64,000 bases of DNA, taken from positions 1 to 64,000 of the IMG/VR virus record IMGVR_UViG_3300007512_000025; one strand, written 5' to 3'. The stretch's first letter is position 1. Each line of letters begins with the position of its first letter. The stretch comes from a virus. Under the pieces are notes generated by a model that saw only the letters and a list, made by a program, of their open reading frames with translations, searched no databases and was not told where the DNA came from. Position numbers and translations under genes: made by a program. Positions 47,314 to 56,858 of this stretch are shown here, piece after piece.

Positions 47314-48897
47314 TTGAGTAAGGTATATGATTCTAATCTATCGTTGATTAAAAAGATTGCAACAGGTGTTAACCTGTTGGCAGATAACGTGGGGGCGACC
47401 CTTGGACCAAAGGGTCGAAATGTGATTCTGCAAAAGGCAGGCGAACGCCCTGTCATTACGAAGGACGGCGTGACCGTTGCTTCATTCGTGGACGCTGAAG
47501 ACCCGTTTGAGAATCTGGGCATCCAAGTGGTCAAGCAAGCATCTCAGGTGACAGCAGAAGAAGCAGGCGATGGCACTACCACGTCTACGATGATTGCGAG
47601 AGGCATTGTTGAGGGTGCGACCAAGCACTTGATTGCTGGGGTGTCTCCTACTGAGATTAAACGCGGGATGGATTTTGCCATGACGCAGCTACTAGAGTCC
47701 TTGACCAAAGTGGCAAAGCCTCTCACATCTTTTGAACAGGTCGAGAACATCGCAGTTATCTCTGCCAATGGCGATAAGAAGTTGGGCGGTTTGATTGCTC
47801 AAGCTATCGACCAAGTGGGAAAGCATGGCGCAATTCAGATTGAACCAGCTAATTCACAGAACACCACGCTTGAATTGATTGAGGGCTTCCAGTTTGATTC
47901 TGGATACCTGTCCAAGACTTTCGTTACCGACAGGCGTAGGTGGACAGTGCGTCATGAGAACGCACTTGTCCTTGTATACGACGGGGTTATTTCTTCGGTG
48001 GAGGAATTGTTTCCCGTGTTGCAACTCGTTGCCAGAGAGGGTAGAGCCTTGACTGTGGTGGCTGAAGATGTAAAGGACCAAGCACTTGCGGCGTTGATTA
48101 CCAATGTCACGCGAGGCTCCATGAAGGTCGCTGCTGTGAAGGCACCGGGCTACGGTGAAGAACGCCGCGCTTGCTTGAGCGACCTCGCCATGTCCGTTGG
48201 CGGGACTCTGATAGGTCCAGCCCACGGCACAACTCTAAAGAATACCAAGTTGACTGACTTGGGGCAGGCTCACACTGTCGAGGCTAAGAAGAACTGGTCT
48301 ACGTTTGTCGGCGGTCGAGGCGACCCCGATGTAATCGAGGAAAGAATTAATAATCTCAAGGAAGAAATACTTCAGACCGAGAACATGAAGGAGTGCGACT
48401 CCATCCAGCGGAGAATCAACCGACTTGCTAGTGGCATCGGCATTATCAAGGTCGGTGGAAGCACAGAGATTGAAATGATGGAGGCACTGCATCGTGCTGA
48501 CGATGCGCTCAAGGCTGTGAAGTCTGCTCAAGAACAGGGTGTCATTGCAGGCGGCGGTGTCGCTCTGTTGAACGCTGTCGAGGTAGTTAGTCAAGAGGAC
48601 TTCACTGCGATGACAAGCGCAGAGCAAGTGGGCGTCCAGATTGTTTTTGATGCCTGCACCGAACCCGTTAGGCAGATGGCTTTGAACGCTGGATTGTCTC
48701 CAGATATCATGATTAATAATATTAATTCTCTGAATTTTGGGTGCGGATATAATTTCTTTACGGGCGAAGATGATGTGGCAATGATGGACGAAGGTATCAT
48801 CGACCCAGTGAAGGTAACTAAATCTGCTCTTACAAACGCTGTGTCCGCAGCGGGCACACTAATCACCACAAGTCATGGAATTGTCGAGACAAAATAG
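47314..48897 (+). CDS. groEL: Chaperonin GroEL (phage-encoded)
   Basis: TLGPKGRNV, ITKDGVTVA, AGDGTTT, VKAPGYG, GGGVAL, GIIDP.KV; TTG start with SD GGAGG. Confidence 0.96.
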   Translation: MSKVYDSNLSLIKKIATGVNLLADNVGATLGPKGRNVILQKAGERPVITKDGVTVASFVDAEDPFENLGIQVVKQASQVTAEEAGDGTTTSTMIARGIVEGATKHLIAGVSPTEIKRGMDFAMTQLLESLTKVAKPLTSFEQVENIAVISANGDKKLGGLIAQAIDQVGKHGAIQIEPANSQNTTLELIEGFQFDSGYLSKTFVTDRRRWTVRHENALVLVYDGVISSVEELFPVLQLVAREGRALTVVAEDVKDQALAALITNVTRGSMKVAAVKAPGYGEERRACLSDLAMSVGGTLIGPAHGTTLKNTKLTDLGQAHTVEAKKNWSTFVGGRGDPDVIEERINNLKEEILQTENMKECDSIQRRINRLASGIGIIKVGGSTEIEMMEALHRADDALKAVKSAQEQGVIAGGGVALLNAVEVVSQEDFTAMTSAEQVGVQIVFDACTEPVRQMALNAGLSPDIMINNINSLNFGCGYNFFTGEDDVAMMDEGIIDPVKVTKSALTNAVSAAGTLITTSHGIVETK

Positions 48898-48907
48898 GTT
48901 CTTTACA

Positions 48908-48915
48908 ACTATTTA
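48908..48915 (+). promoter_or_regulatory. Putative late promoter (ACTATTTA)
   Basis: Recurrent intergenic motif. Confidence 0.6.
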
Positions 48916-48969
48916 CTCCAGAATGTAATTTTCACGTCGGGGGGAATTTCATTTCTTGGAGGGAAAGAA

Positions 48970-49356
48970 ATGTCAGAAGAAAATCAACAGTTAGCAGCCA
49001 TCGCAGCACAGCTTACCAACATTGAGGCTCAGTTGGAAACGGTTAAGCACCATCCATCACAAAATGGTGGCTGGGCTGACCTGATGGGCATGATTGAGAG
49101 GATTGACGCTCGCCTTGGCGCAATGGAGATAGCTTTGAACGACCCAGTGTCAGGCACAATCGCACGGGTTAAAGAGTTGTCTGATTGGAGAAGCCGAGCG
49201 GATGCGACACTGGATGGCAACCGGCAGCAGGACGAGCGACTGCTGAAATTAGAGATGCAAGTCCAGCTATACAACAAGGTTACATGGGCAATCGGCGCGG
49301 GCGTCTTGGCGCTTATGGTAAAAGCTTTCATGTCTGTTATTGTGCCCGGTGTTTAA
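48970..49356 (+). CDS. Coiled-coil protein with C-terminal TM (late; holin/lysis-accessory candidate)
   Basis: Heptad repeats then WAIGAGVLALMV helix; late motif upstream. Confidence 0.6.
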   Translation: MSEENQQLAAIAAQLTNIEAQLETVKHHPSQNGGWADLMGMIERIDARLGAMEIALNDPVSGTIARVKELSDWRSRADATLDGNRQQDERLLKLEMQVQLYNKVTWAIGAGVLALMVKAFMSVIVPGV

Positions 49357-49386
49357 AATTTTTTTTAATAAATTATGAGATTTTGC

Positions 49387-49415
49387 TTGACACTCCCCGT
49401 TCCTTATGTTATATT
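49387..49415 (+). promoter_or_regulatory. Sigma70-like promoter
   Basis: TTGACA-N17-TATATT with TG. Confidence 0.8.
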
Positions 49416-49441
49416 ACTAATGTAATAAAGGAGAGAGAGTT

Positions 49442-49783
49442 ATGACTATTGCCGACCCAAGACTGGAACTGGATTCAACCCGCTGCCCTGCCATGGTGCA
49501 AGAAGAACTGCCAAACTTTGTGGCAAAACTTCAAACAATGATGAACGAGCATTATACAGGTAGGTTTGCAAACCTGACCCCGCCAGAAGTTTTCGTGGCT
49601 GGTGGTCGAAAATATATTAAGATTGCCAAGCGCGACAATCAGACCAGCGTGTGGTGTTTCGTTCGTGCTGCCGATGGTGCAATCCTCAAGGCTGCGACTT
49701 GGAAGGCTCCCGCACTGAACTATGTGCGTGGAAGCATCTTCGACCAAGAGATTGTGGCGCTCACTCCGTATGGCTGTCGATAG
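49442..49783 (+). CDS. Conserved phage hypothetical protein
   Basis: GRKYIKI...SVWCFV...GAILKAATWKAPA...RGSI pattern. Confidence 0.75.
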   Translation: MTIADPRLELDSTRCPAMVQEELPNFVAKLQTMMNEHYTGRFANLTPPEVFVAGGRKYIKIAKRDNQTSVWCFVRAADGAILKAATWKAPALNYVRGSIFDQEIVALTPYGCR

Positions 49784-49820
49784 ATGGGACAGAAATTGAC
49801 CGGAATTAATGAGAAAGTGC

Positions 49821-49849
49821 TTGACAAATATACCTGCCTATGCTATATT
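49821..49849 (+). promoter_or_regulatory. Sigma70-like promoter
   Basis: TTGACA-N17-TATATT with TG. Confidence 0.8.
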
Positions 49850-49875
49850 TATAATGTGAGAGGGAGTTGTTACTA

Positions 49876-50658
49876 ATGAAAAAGAATCTTCGTGAACGCC
49901 TTAATGCCTTGGTTGCTAATCCCCGCATTCAATTTGCGGGACGCGACCTCGACTTCGCTAAATCTCTGCTGGCTTATTATGAGCGCACAGGACGCCTCAC
50001 CTCTGGTCGCAGGACTTGGGTTGACCGTCTTGAGGCTCGCTATGCTGAAGACGCTCCTGACAACAGTGACACGGGCGTAACGGCGCGTATTGTGGACGTG
50101 ATGGCTCGCACCCAAGAGGATACATGGGACCACAACTTCTTGGGTTCCGTCCTTCAGCAGAATCGTGAGCGTGGACAGTTGAGCAGCCGCCAGCTTGAGA
50201 TTTTGGGCAAGATTGAAGAACGCTACAGTCAAGACGCGATTGATAAAAAGGCTTCGTGGGCTGGCTGCTGGACTGACGAAATGTCTGAGCGTATGCAAGT
50301 TGCCGCTCGCTATTACCTTGCCAACCCGCCTTATTACGGCGACCTGTCTCGGCAGGTTCTTAACAACGCTGACTTCGTTCCCACCGAGCGGCAGTACCGT
50401 GCGTTGACTGAGAACAAGTATACTATCAAGGTGCTTGCTGCTCACTTCGCGGCTCCTACGTTTCCAGTTGGGGCAAAGGTGGAGGCTCGGGCTAACGCTC
50501 CCTATGGTATCAAGGGCAAGATGGGCTTTATCATGAAGACCGATGCAAAGCCAGTTACCAACGCTGCGCGTGGCACCAAGGTCTACATGGTTCTCCCCGT
50601 TGGCGAGCCAACTCCCATTTTCTGTGAAGAGCGACACCTCAAGCGGGGTCGCTTCTAA
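49876..50658 (+). CDS. Hypothetical protein (repeated F..S......G.L[TS] helical units plus C-terminal KOW-like domain)
   Basis: Own promoter; internal repeats. Confidence 0.75.
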   Translation: MKKNLRERLNALVANPRIQFAGRDLDFAKSLLAYYERTGRLTSGRRTWVDRLEARYAEDAPDNSDTGVTARIVDVMARTQEDTWDHNFLGSVLQQNRERGQLSSRQLEILGKIEERYSQDAIDKKASWAGCWTDEMSERMQVAARYYLANPPYYGDLSRQVLNNADFVPTERQYRALTENKYTIKVLAAHFAAPTFPVGAKVEARANAPYGIKGKMGFIMKTDAKPVTNAARGTKVYMVLPVGEPTPIFCEERHLKRGRF

Positions 50659-50722
50659 AAAATAATTATTTTACTTAACAAGTGTACACTTTCGGGTGTA
50701 TACTTGTATATATGGAGGATTA

Positions 50723-51217
50723 ATGAGGGTAAATATTCAGTATTCGGTTGAACTTAATGACTTGCCAGATGAATTAGAAAAGCTAATTGAGTCTACGGTG
50801 ACTGACCGTCTTAGGGTGGCAATGCTGCGAACGTCTGCGCTTGACTTTGATGATAGGACTGACCATATCGCAGTGGAGATTGATGAAGTTCGCAAGTTGC
50901 TGTATGAGGTTGATGAGCGTTTATCGGATGTAAGCGGGCTTCTAAAAGCTTGGGCTGTCCAGCAGGCAGCTATCGTCCAGCAAGAGGTGGCTAATGCCAC
51001 CACAGCGGAACCAGAGCCAGAGCCGGTTATCTCTGAAACAGAGGTCGTTCATGTGGATGTGGGCAAGCCAGCCGCAGCATCGGAAGAAACTATGAACATG
51101 GTACGAGCGAGCCTAACCGCCCACAAGCGGGAAACAGATGCTTTACGCAGAACGATGAATCTCGGCTTCGACCCAGACCTTGACATTGGGTCAGAAGGGG
51201 CTGACGATGAAGGTTGA
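50723..51217 (+). CDS. Hypothetical protein
   Basis: SD GGAGG. Confidence 0.7.
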   Translation: MRVNIQYSVELNDLPDELEKLIESTVTDRLRVAMLRTSALDFDDRTDHIAVEIDEVRKLLYEVDERLSDVSGLLKAWAVQQAAIVQQEVANATTAEPEPEPVISETEVVHVDVGKPAAASEETMNMVRASLTAHKRETDALRRTMNLGFDPDLDIGSEGADDEG

Positions 51218-51467
51218 AAAGGGAACGCTGGTCTATGTGCCAGCGAATGTAAGATTGATTAAAGAGAGTGCTGACCCCAGCGACTATGATACTTATGTTA
51301 AAGATTATGTCGTGACCACCAAGCCCGTCAATTGTTTAGTGGTGGGCGTTGGAAGCAAGGGTCACAAGAGATATAAAATCATTTATGAAGGCGCATCGTG
51401 GTATGTAAATTCAAACAATGTGTATGAAGTACAAAAGGAGCATACAAATGTTAGTGAAATTGGTTGA
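51207..51467 (+). CDS. Small SH3/KOW-like hypothetical protein
   Basis: KGTLVYV start. Confidence 0.6.
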   Translation: MKVEKGTLVYVPANVRLIKESADPSDYDTYVKDYVVTTKPVNCLVVGVGSKGHKRYKIIYEGASWYVNSNNVYEVQKEHTNVSEIG

Positions 51468-51762
51468 AGTTATTGAGGTTAAGCGGAATTATTCGCAAAA
51501 GGCAGAGAACACAAAGGGCAATTCTTATAGTTTGCGAGAGGTGACGGTCAATCCCAACCACGTTGTGTGTTTGAGGGAAGATATCAACATGAATCAGCGG
51601 TTGACCGAGGGTCGATTGCCTGAAGATATTGACAGCCGTCAAAGGTTTACTCGTATCTACCTTGACAGAGGGCAGAGCGGCATTGACCTGACTGTTGTTG
51701 GTAGTCTTGAGCAAACACAGCGCACGCTGGGTGTAGATGGTAGGGAGGTAATTCGTGGCTGA
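51448..51762 (+). CDS. Hypothetical protein
   Basis: SD AAGGAG. Confidence 0.7.
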   Translation: MLVKLVEVIEVKRNYSQKAENTKGNSYSLREVTVNPNHVVCLREDINMNQRLTEGRLPEDIDSRQRFTRIYLDRGQSGIDLTVVGSLEQTQRTLGVDGREVIRG

Positions 51763-52027
51763 GTTATCAGAATATTATCGCATCGTAGCGTGGGAGCGAT
51801 GCCCGTGGTGCGTCAAGGCTCACGCCTTGCTGAAGGAAAGCGGCGCGGATGTGCATATGATGTACTATGAGCGAGGCACACAAGAACTCCAAGAGGCGAA
51901 AGAGCGCAATAATTGGCAGACGGTTCCCATGGTCACGCATGTGACTGTCCACGGGGATGACATTAAGGAAACTTTTGTTGGAGGCTATGATAATTTGTGT
52001 AGATTTATAGGTGCAAACGGTGAATGA
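51755..52027 (+). CDS. Glutaredoxin
   Basis: CPWC, TVP, FVGGYDNL. Confidence 0.9.
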   Translation: MAELSEYYRIVAWERCPWCVKAHALLKESGADVHMMYYERGTQELQEAKERNNWQTVPMVTHVTVHGDDIKETFVGGYDNLCRFIGANGE

Positions 52028-52397
52028 AGTGAGTAACGCATCTTATTATCTGCTCCCCGGCTATCAAGCGATGATAGCCATGATAGAATTAAAAGAGATT
52101 CAGGACATTTCTTCGCATTTGCTAAAGTATTTTGCTGGCGAGTCTGATGTCGAACATTGGGAATCCACTGCAATACCAGAGATAGCAGAATTATACTCTG
52201 GCTCCCGTGCGTGCATTGGTATGCTTGAACACCTGATGAAGCAAGAGCCACCACCACAGTACCGAGAGAGGGTCGAAGGCGGTGGCATCTGCGTATCAGG
52301 CGATGAGTATATGGGCTTCGTCGGCTTGATGGAGACTATGAGGGCGCTCAAAAAGAGCGTTGAGGTGAGGCACAATATTTCTTTTGAGATTCACTGA
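52011..52397 (+). CDS. Hypothetical protein (start uncertain)
   Basis: Fills operon gap. Confidence 0.6.
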   Translation: MQTVNEVSNASYYLLPGYQAMIAMIELKEIQDISSHLLKYFAGESDVEHWESTAIPEIAELYSGSRACIGMLEHLMKQEPPPQYRERVEGGGICVSGDEYMGFVGLMETMRALKKSVEVRHNISFEIH

Positions 52398-53327
52398 ATG
52401 AATGTATATGAGAGGTTTGAGAACTACGCTGAAAACCACTGCTGGCAGTATGAAATACGCCAGCAAAATCTTTCTTTAGACCTTAAAGAGTCTGGGCTGA
52501 GTGAAGAAGAAGCACAAAAGCTGTCTATATCGGATTTTGAATTCGCCTTTGTTCCAAAAGAAAACAAAGAGGTGTGCCAAGAGATTAAAGATTTTATTGA
52601 GCGACACGAATGGCTTGGTAAGATGCCCATCTGGGCAACGCAAAGATTCACGGCACGGTTAAGGGGCAGCGGAATCCTCGCAGGCGTTGTTGTCATGGCT
52701 ACGCCGAACACTTTTTCAAACCTGCTGGGGCGCGAGAACAAGGGGAAAGAAAAGCTAATCTCCCGTGGCGCTAGTATATCGTGGTCGCCAAAGAACATGG
52801 GTTCGTGGCTAATCATGAGTGCCGTGCGCTGGATGGTGGCGAATACAGAATTCAGATTCTTCACTGCTTACAGTGACCCAGAAGCTAAAGAGTTGGGAAC
52901 AATTTATCAGGCGTGCAACTTTATTTATTTGGGGCAGAAGTTTGGCACCGGCAAACAATTTTTAGACCCTGCTAATCCCAAGCGCGGCTGGTTTGGTTCG
53001 TCTGGGTTTAGCGACAGGAGCCAGATTGTCAGGTATGCCAAGAAGCTGGGCATTGAGTGGCAACCTGAGTGGTACAAGATGGTCGGCTCAAAGAAGAACT
53101 ATAGAAAGGTTGACTGGTCAGCAATCCCCGAACAAGTTACTCAGCGGCTGAAACAAGAGCGCACATCTCACAAGGCGCGGTGCCAGCAAAGACCATCCCC
53201 ATCCAAGCACAAGTATGTTTATATTCTTGGAAAGTCCAAGAAAGAAACTAAGTTTTATAAAAAGTTGTTTGAACATCATAGCCCCGAAAAGGTTGGATTA
53301 CCGTATCCAGCCTTGCGAGGTCGTTGA
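52398..53327 (+). CDS. Mom-like GNAT-fold DNA modification enzyme
   Basis: FIERHEWLG, LISR, KN.GSW, AYSDP...E.GTIYQACNFIYLG. Confidence 0.75.
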   Translation: MNVYERFENYAENHCWQYEIRQQNLSLDLKESGLSEEEAQKLSISDFEFAFVPKENKEVCQEIKDFIERHEWLGKMPIWATQRFTARLRGSGILAGVVVMATPNTFSNLLGRENKGKEKLISRGASISWSPKNMGSWLIMSAVRWMVANTEFRFFTAYSDPEAKELGTIYQACNFIYLGQKFGTGKQFLDPANPKRGWFGSSGFSDRSQIVRYAKKLGIEWQPEWYKMVGSKKNYRKVDWSAIPEQVTQRLKQERTSHKARCQQRPSPSKHKYVYILGKSKKETKFYKKLFEHHSPEKVGLPYPALRGR

Positions 53328-53437
53328 GTTTTTTCGCTTTTATAATTAGGACGGACAGTGTTTCATCTCACTATATTTTATAAAATTCACAGGTTTTTCG
53401 GTACTACTCGGAAAACCGCACTTTTGTTCGTGGAGCA

Positions 53438-53445
53438 ACTATTTA
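53438..53445 (+). promoter_or_regulatory. Putative late promoter heading the leader-tagged cluster
   Basis: ACTATTTA intergenic. Confidence 0.6.
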
Positions 53446-53480
53446 TAAGGTGACCACAGGAATCATGGAGGTTTTTACCA

Positions 53481-54113
53481 ATGGCAAAAGATATCGTTGA
53501 CGTGGTAACAGAGGCTTTAAAAAAGAATGGCGTTAAGCCAACTAAGTCGAGTGTTACTTATTATTATTTGAAATCACTAAAGGAGTCCTATCGCTCTCTT
53601 GGGAAGCGAAGGCGCGTTCTCAACGAAGGAGCCGACATGGACCCAGAGCAGGTACAGGCTGCGCTGGAAGATGCTGTTGGGCAGTTGACCACATTGCAGG
53701 ACTACTTGAGTCCTGACAACTTGAAGCGGATGGAGGCTGCTGTTGAATTCCTCCCCCAGTTGGAAGAATTCTTTACTAGCCTGAACACACACTTTGAAAT
53801 TCAAAAGCAGAAGGAAGAAGAAGCAGCGAAAGCGGCTGAAGACGAAGCTGCACAAGCCGAGGCAGAAGCCGAGGCAGAAGCCGAAGACCAAGCGGCTGAA
53901 GCTGAAGATGAAGCGGCAGAAGAAGCTGAGTCGGCAGAAGAAGAATCGGCAGCAGCAGAAGAAGAAGGAGCGGCACAACCAGAAGAAGCACCACCAGCAG
54001 AGAAGGCTCAGGCAGAGGAACCTGCCGAGGGCGGCGAAGAAGAAGGGCTTGAAGAAAAGCTTAACGAGGGCATCTTGAGCAGATGGAAGACACTTGCAAA
54101 TATTAGGGGGTGA
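53481..54113 (+). CDS. Acidic late protein (internal-head/scaffold-like)
   Basis: Ala/Glu-rich; LKE/LNE sites; C-terminal LSRWKTLANI. Confidence 0.7.
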   Translation: MAKDIVDVVTEALKKNGVKPTKSSVTYYYLKSLKESYRSLGKRRRVLNEGADMDPEQVQAALEDAVGQLTTLQDYLSPDNLKRMEAAVEFLPQLEEFFTSLNTHFEIQKQKEEEAAKAAEDEAAQAEAEAEAEAEDQAAEAEDEAAEEAESAEEESAAAEEEGAAQPEEAPPAEKAQAEEPAEGGEEEGLEEKLNEGILSRWKTLANIRG

Positions 54114-54117
54114 TTCA

Positions 54118-54492
54118 ATGAGTGAGGATAATAATGGCGAGTCCATATTGGGGCTTGAGATTTCAGACAATGAACTGTTGCCGTCCGCTCCACCCAAGCT
54201 GGCAGCACGCGGTATCAAAACATTCACGGTAGCCCGCCGTGCGGACGAAACTGGTGTGTCAGGCACTGGTGTTGTCATAGAGGGCGTTGTGCTTGCAACA
54301 GGGCAGTGTATTGTACACTGGCTTTACCCGCCGCCCAGAGGCGGCATTGCTATTTTCGATAGCATGAACGATTTTATTAGAGTCCACATCGGTCCACATC
54401 CTGCGAACAAGACCATCATCACATATCAAGATGGCGAGCAGCAGACATTTGGACAGAATGATGATGAGGCAGAGGAAGAAACAAATGAGTAA
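54118..54492 (+). CDS. Conserved phage hypothetical protein
   Basis: F.V.R..DETGVSGTGVVIEGV...G.C..HWL. Confidence 0.7.
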   Translation: MSEDNNGESILGLEISDNELLPSAPPKLAARGIKTFTVARRADETGVSGTGVVIEGVVLATGQCIVHWLYPPPRGGIAIFDSMNDFIRVHIGPHPANKTIITYQDGEQQTFGQNDDEAEEETNE

Positions 54493-55120
54493 ATTTTATA
54501 ACAGAGGAAAGTGGAAGACATTTTTAAAAGAAAGTGTACAAAACCCCGTTAAAGAGTGTGGCGAGATGCCACCGGAACCACCCATGCCCAGTGCAGTGCC
54601 AATCCCGTCCGACGATGCAGACCCGATGGCATTAGCTGCCGAGTTGGGCGCTATCGGGCTTGACCCCGCCATGGCTCAGGGAGTTGTTGACTTGCTTCTT
54701 AGCAAGGGCTTGCTTGGCACCGCAGTTGACCCGGTTGACCCCGTTGGCGCACCGCCAATGATGGAGTCTGGAGGCTCCACTGACGGGGGTTCGGAGGGTG
54801 ATTGGTATAGCGATGAATATGAAACCCTCGCAGACAAGAAGTTCGCAGATTCACAAAGGGTTGCGCCGGAAGGTGAAGCTGGTGCGGACTCCGACCTGCT
54901 CGCTCAATATTCAGAAGAAGCGGTTGAAGCGGCACAGGCGGCTCTAGAGACAATTCCTGATGCTGGTGCCCACAGTGGTGCAGCCCTTGAAAATGAAATT
55001 CATCATTATCTGGAAACAGGCTTTGGCGAAACGAAGCGACCCAGAGAGATTTTTAAAATTGCTGACGAAGCTTTGGCTGTCGCTGGTGTTATATTAGGGC
55101 TTGGGCCCGACGCTTTATAG
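54485..55120 (+). CDS. Hypothetical protein with leader variant (KWKTFLKE)
   Basis: ATG 54485; acidic. Confidence 0.7.
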   Translation: MSKFYNRGKWKTFLKESVQNPVKECGEMPPEPPMPSAVPIPSDDADPMALAAELGAIGLDPAMAQGVVDLLLSKGLLGTAVDPVDPVGAPPMMESGGSTDGGSEGDWYSDEYETLADKKFADSQRVAPEGEAGADSDLLAQYSEEAVEAAQAALETIPDAGAHSGAALENEIHHYLETGFGETKRPREIFKIADEALAVAGVILGLGPDAL

Positions 55121-55137
55121 GAAGGAGAAACTACAAA

Positions 55138-55839
55138 ATGAAACTTAAAGATTTTAAAAAGCTGAATGAGGGCTGGGACAGATGGAGGCTCACCGAAGGC
55201 AAGCTTCAGTATTCTGTATCCAACACTGGCTATGGGGATGTGTATGAATTCTTCGATGAGAATGGCGAAGAGACAGAGCAGACTCTAGGAATGATGGTTC
55301 TCGACTTGGCTGATGCTGGGGTCGGAGGCTGGGCACCCGAAGAACAAATTGATAGAATGATGGCTGTCAACGCAGACCCAAACAAAAATCAAGGTGGAAT
55401 GCAGAAGTGGGACAGCAGCGTCTTTGAAGATTACTATGGTGCAGACAATCAAAAGATTCTCCAAGCTTGGGGTAAGATGAATAACATGGAGCTTGAGCAA
55501 ATGCCTGAAGCCGAAGACGAGTATGAAGATGATGGCGAGTATGATTTTGAGTCGTATTACAGCGAAAGCAAGAAAAGAAATAAGATTCATGAAAGTCGCA
55601 TGGGTGACCTTCACATTCAAATCCAAGATGCCTTGTCGGAAATTATGCAGCAGTACGGAGTTGGCTTAGAAGATATTGAGGGTGTCATCGGTGACATGAT
55701 GTCCGACCAAGAAGAACCCCAGCCATACGATGCCGAGGCTGATGAGCATTACGAGTGGCGTCACCAATCAGACCAAGATTTGAGAGAGCGTATCAGGAAA
55801 GCTGTCGTGCGTAAACTGCGGGAGAATAGAAAGAAATGA
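55138..55839 (+). CDS. Hypothetical protein with leader variant (LNEGWDRWRLTE)
   Basis: SD AAGGAG; acidic. Confidence 0.75.
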   Translation: MKLKDFKKLNEGWDRWRLTEGKLQYSVSNTGYGDVYEFFDENGEETEQTLGMMVLDLADAGVGGWAPEEQIDRMMAVNADPNKNQGGMQKWDSSVFEDYYGADNQKILQAWGKMNNMELEQMPEAEDEYEDDGEYDFESYYSESKKRNKIHESRMGDLHIQIQDALSEIMQQYGVGLEDIEGVIGDMMSDQEEPQPYDAEADEHYEWRHQSDQDLRERIRKAVVRKLRENRKK

Positions 55840-56240
55840 AACAGTTAATGGAAAATTGGCGACGATACCTCAAAGAGAACTATGAAGTTCCTCCCGTCCT
55901 TTATCACGCAAGCTATGGACCGCTAATCCCATCTATTCAGAAAGATGGTCTTGGTGGCGACAGAGAAACATATTGGGAAGACTCTGCTCGTGGTGTTGTC
56001 TATCTTGCGCTTGACCCCGAAGTGGCATTTTCTTATGCCGAAACATCTGACGATGCGTGGGATAAGTTTGAGGGTGAAGATGGACTAGAGATTGTCATCA
56101 TGGAAATAGACACCACACAATTGAACCCAGAGTTATTCAAGTTGGACAGCAACGTGGCAGACAATGAGGGCGACACAGTTGAGTATCATGGTGTTGTTCA
56201 GCCTGCTGCAATTAAGGTTGTCGATAAGAGGATTGCATAG
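55836..56240 (+). CDS. Leader-tagged ADP-ribosyltransferase-fold (Tpt1/KptA C-domain-like) protein
   Basis: MKQLMENWRRYLKE; LYHAS....SI.KDGL, VYLA.D...A, VIMEID...L, V.P..I. Confidence 0.7.
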   Translation: MKQLMENWRRYLKENYEVPPVLYHASYGPLIPSIQKDGLGGDRETYWEDSARGVVYLALDPEVAFSYAETSDDAWDKFEGEDGLEIVIMEIDTTQLNPELFKLDSNVADNEGDTVEYHGVVQPAAIKVVDKRIA

Positions 56241-56692
56241 TGAAACAGCTAATGGAAAATTGGCGAAAGCATCTCAACGAGCGCGGCAACCCCAACGAGC
56301 AACAGTTCCAAGATGCTGTTATTGATTTTGTGATGGGGCAGATGCAGACGATGGGCATGAACGCTGGCGAGCCTACGGACAGAACAAGGATTCAGAAGCA
56401 GGTACATAGTATCGTTGACTTAGCCATCCAGCAGCTTGGCTTGGGCGAGGAACCTGAACCAGTGAACGAAGCCATCTCTCTTGACATTGAAGTCGGAGAC
56501 GTTATTCTTGGCGGTAAATATAAAAACAAGCGCATGGAAGTCAAAGAGATTGGCACCGATGAACTTGGACAGCCAACCGTTAATGGCAAACCAATTTTAA
56601 AATTCAGAATCGAGAAGCACCTTCCAGATGAGAAAAAGTCTAAGAAGACTCTTGACATGGAAAGGGATAAAGGAGATAAATCAAATGATTAG
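56240..56692 (+). CDS. Leader-tagged hypothetical protein with KOW-like C-terminal module
   Basis: MKQLMENWRKHLNE; IEVGDVILGG.YKNK. Confidence 0.75.
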   Translation: MKQLMENWRKHLNERGNPNEQQFQDAVIDFVMGQMQTMGMNAGEPTDRTRIQKQVHSIVDLAIQQLGLGEEPEPVNEAISLDIEVGDVILGGKYKNKRMEVKEIGTDELGQPTVNGKPILKFRIEKHLPDEKKSKKTLDMERDKGDKSND

Positions 56693-56846
56693 TAAAATTA
56701 AAAATATTTTGAGCGAGGTCAAGGAGTCCACGCTTAGTGCTTGCCTGACCGTGAAGCAGTTGGTGATGTGCAAAGCACACATGCAGGATTACATGGTCGT
56801 CGGTGCGTGCTTTGCCGCAGGCGTAGCCTTGGGGTCTTGCTTGTAG
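56685..56846 (+). CDS. Small membrane protein (paralog of 57377-57517)
   Basis: SD AAGGAG; DYMVVGACFAAGVALGSCL. Confidence 0.65.
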   Translation: MISKIKNILSEVKESTLSACLTVKQLVMCKAHMQDYMVVGACFAAGVALGSCL

Positions 56847-56858
56847 GGGAGATAACAA

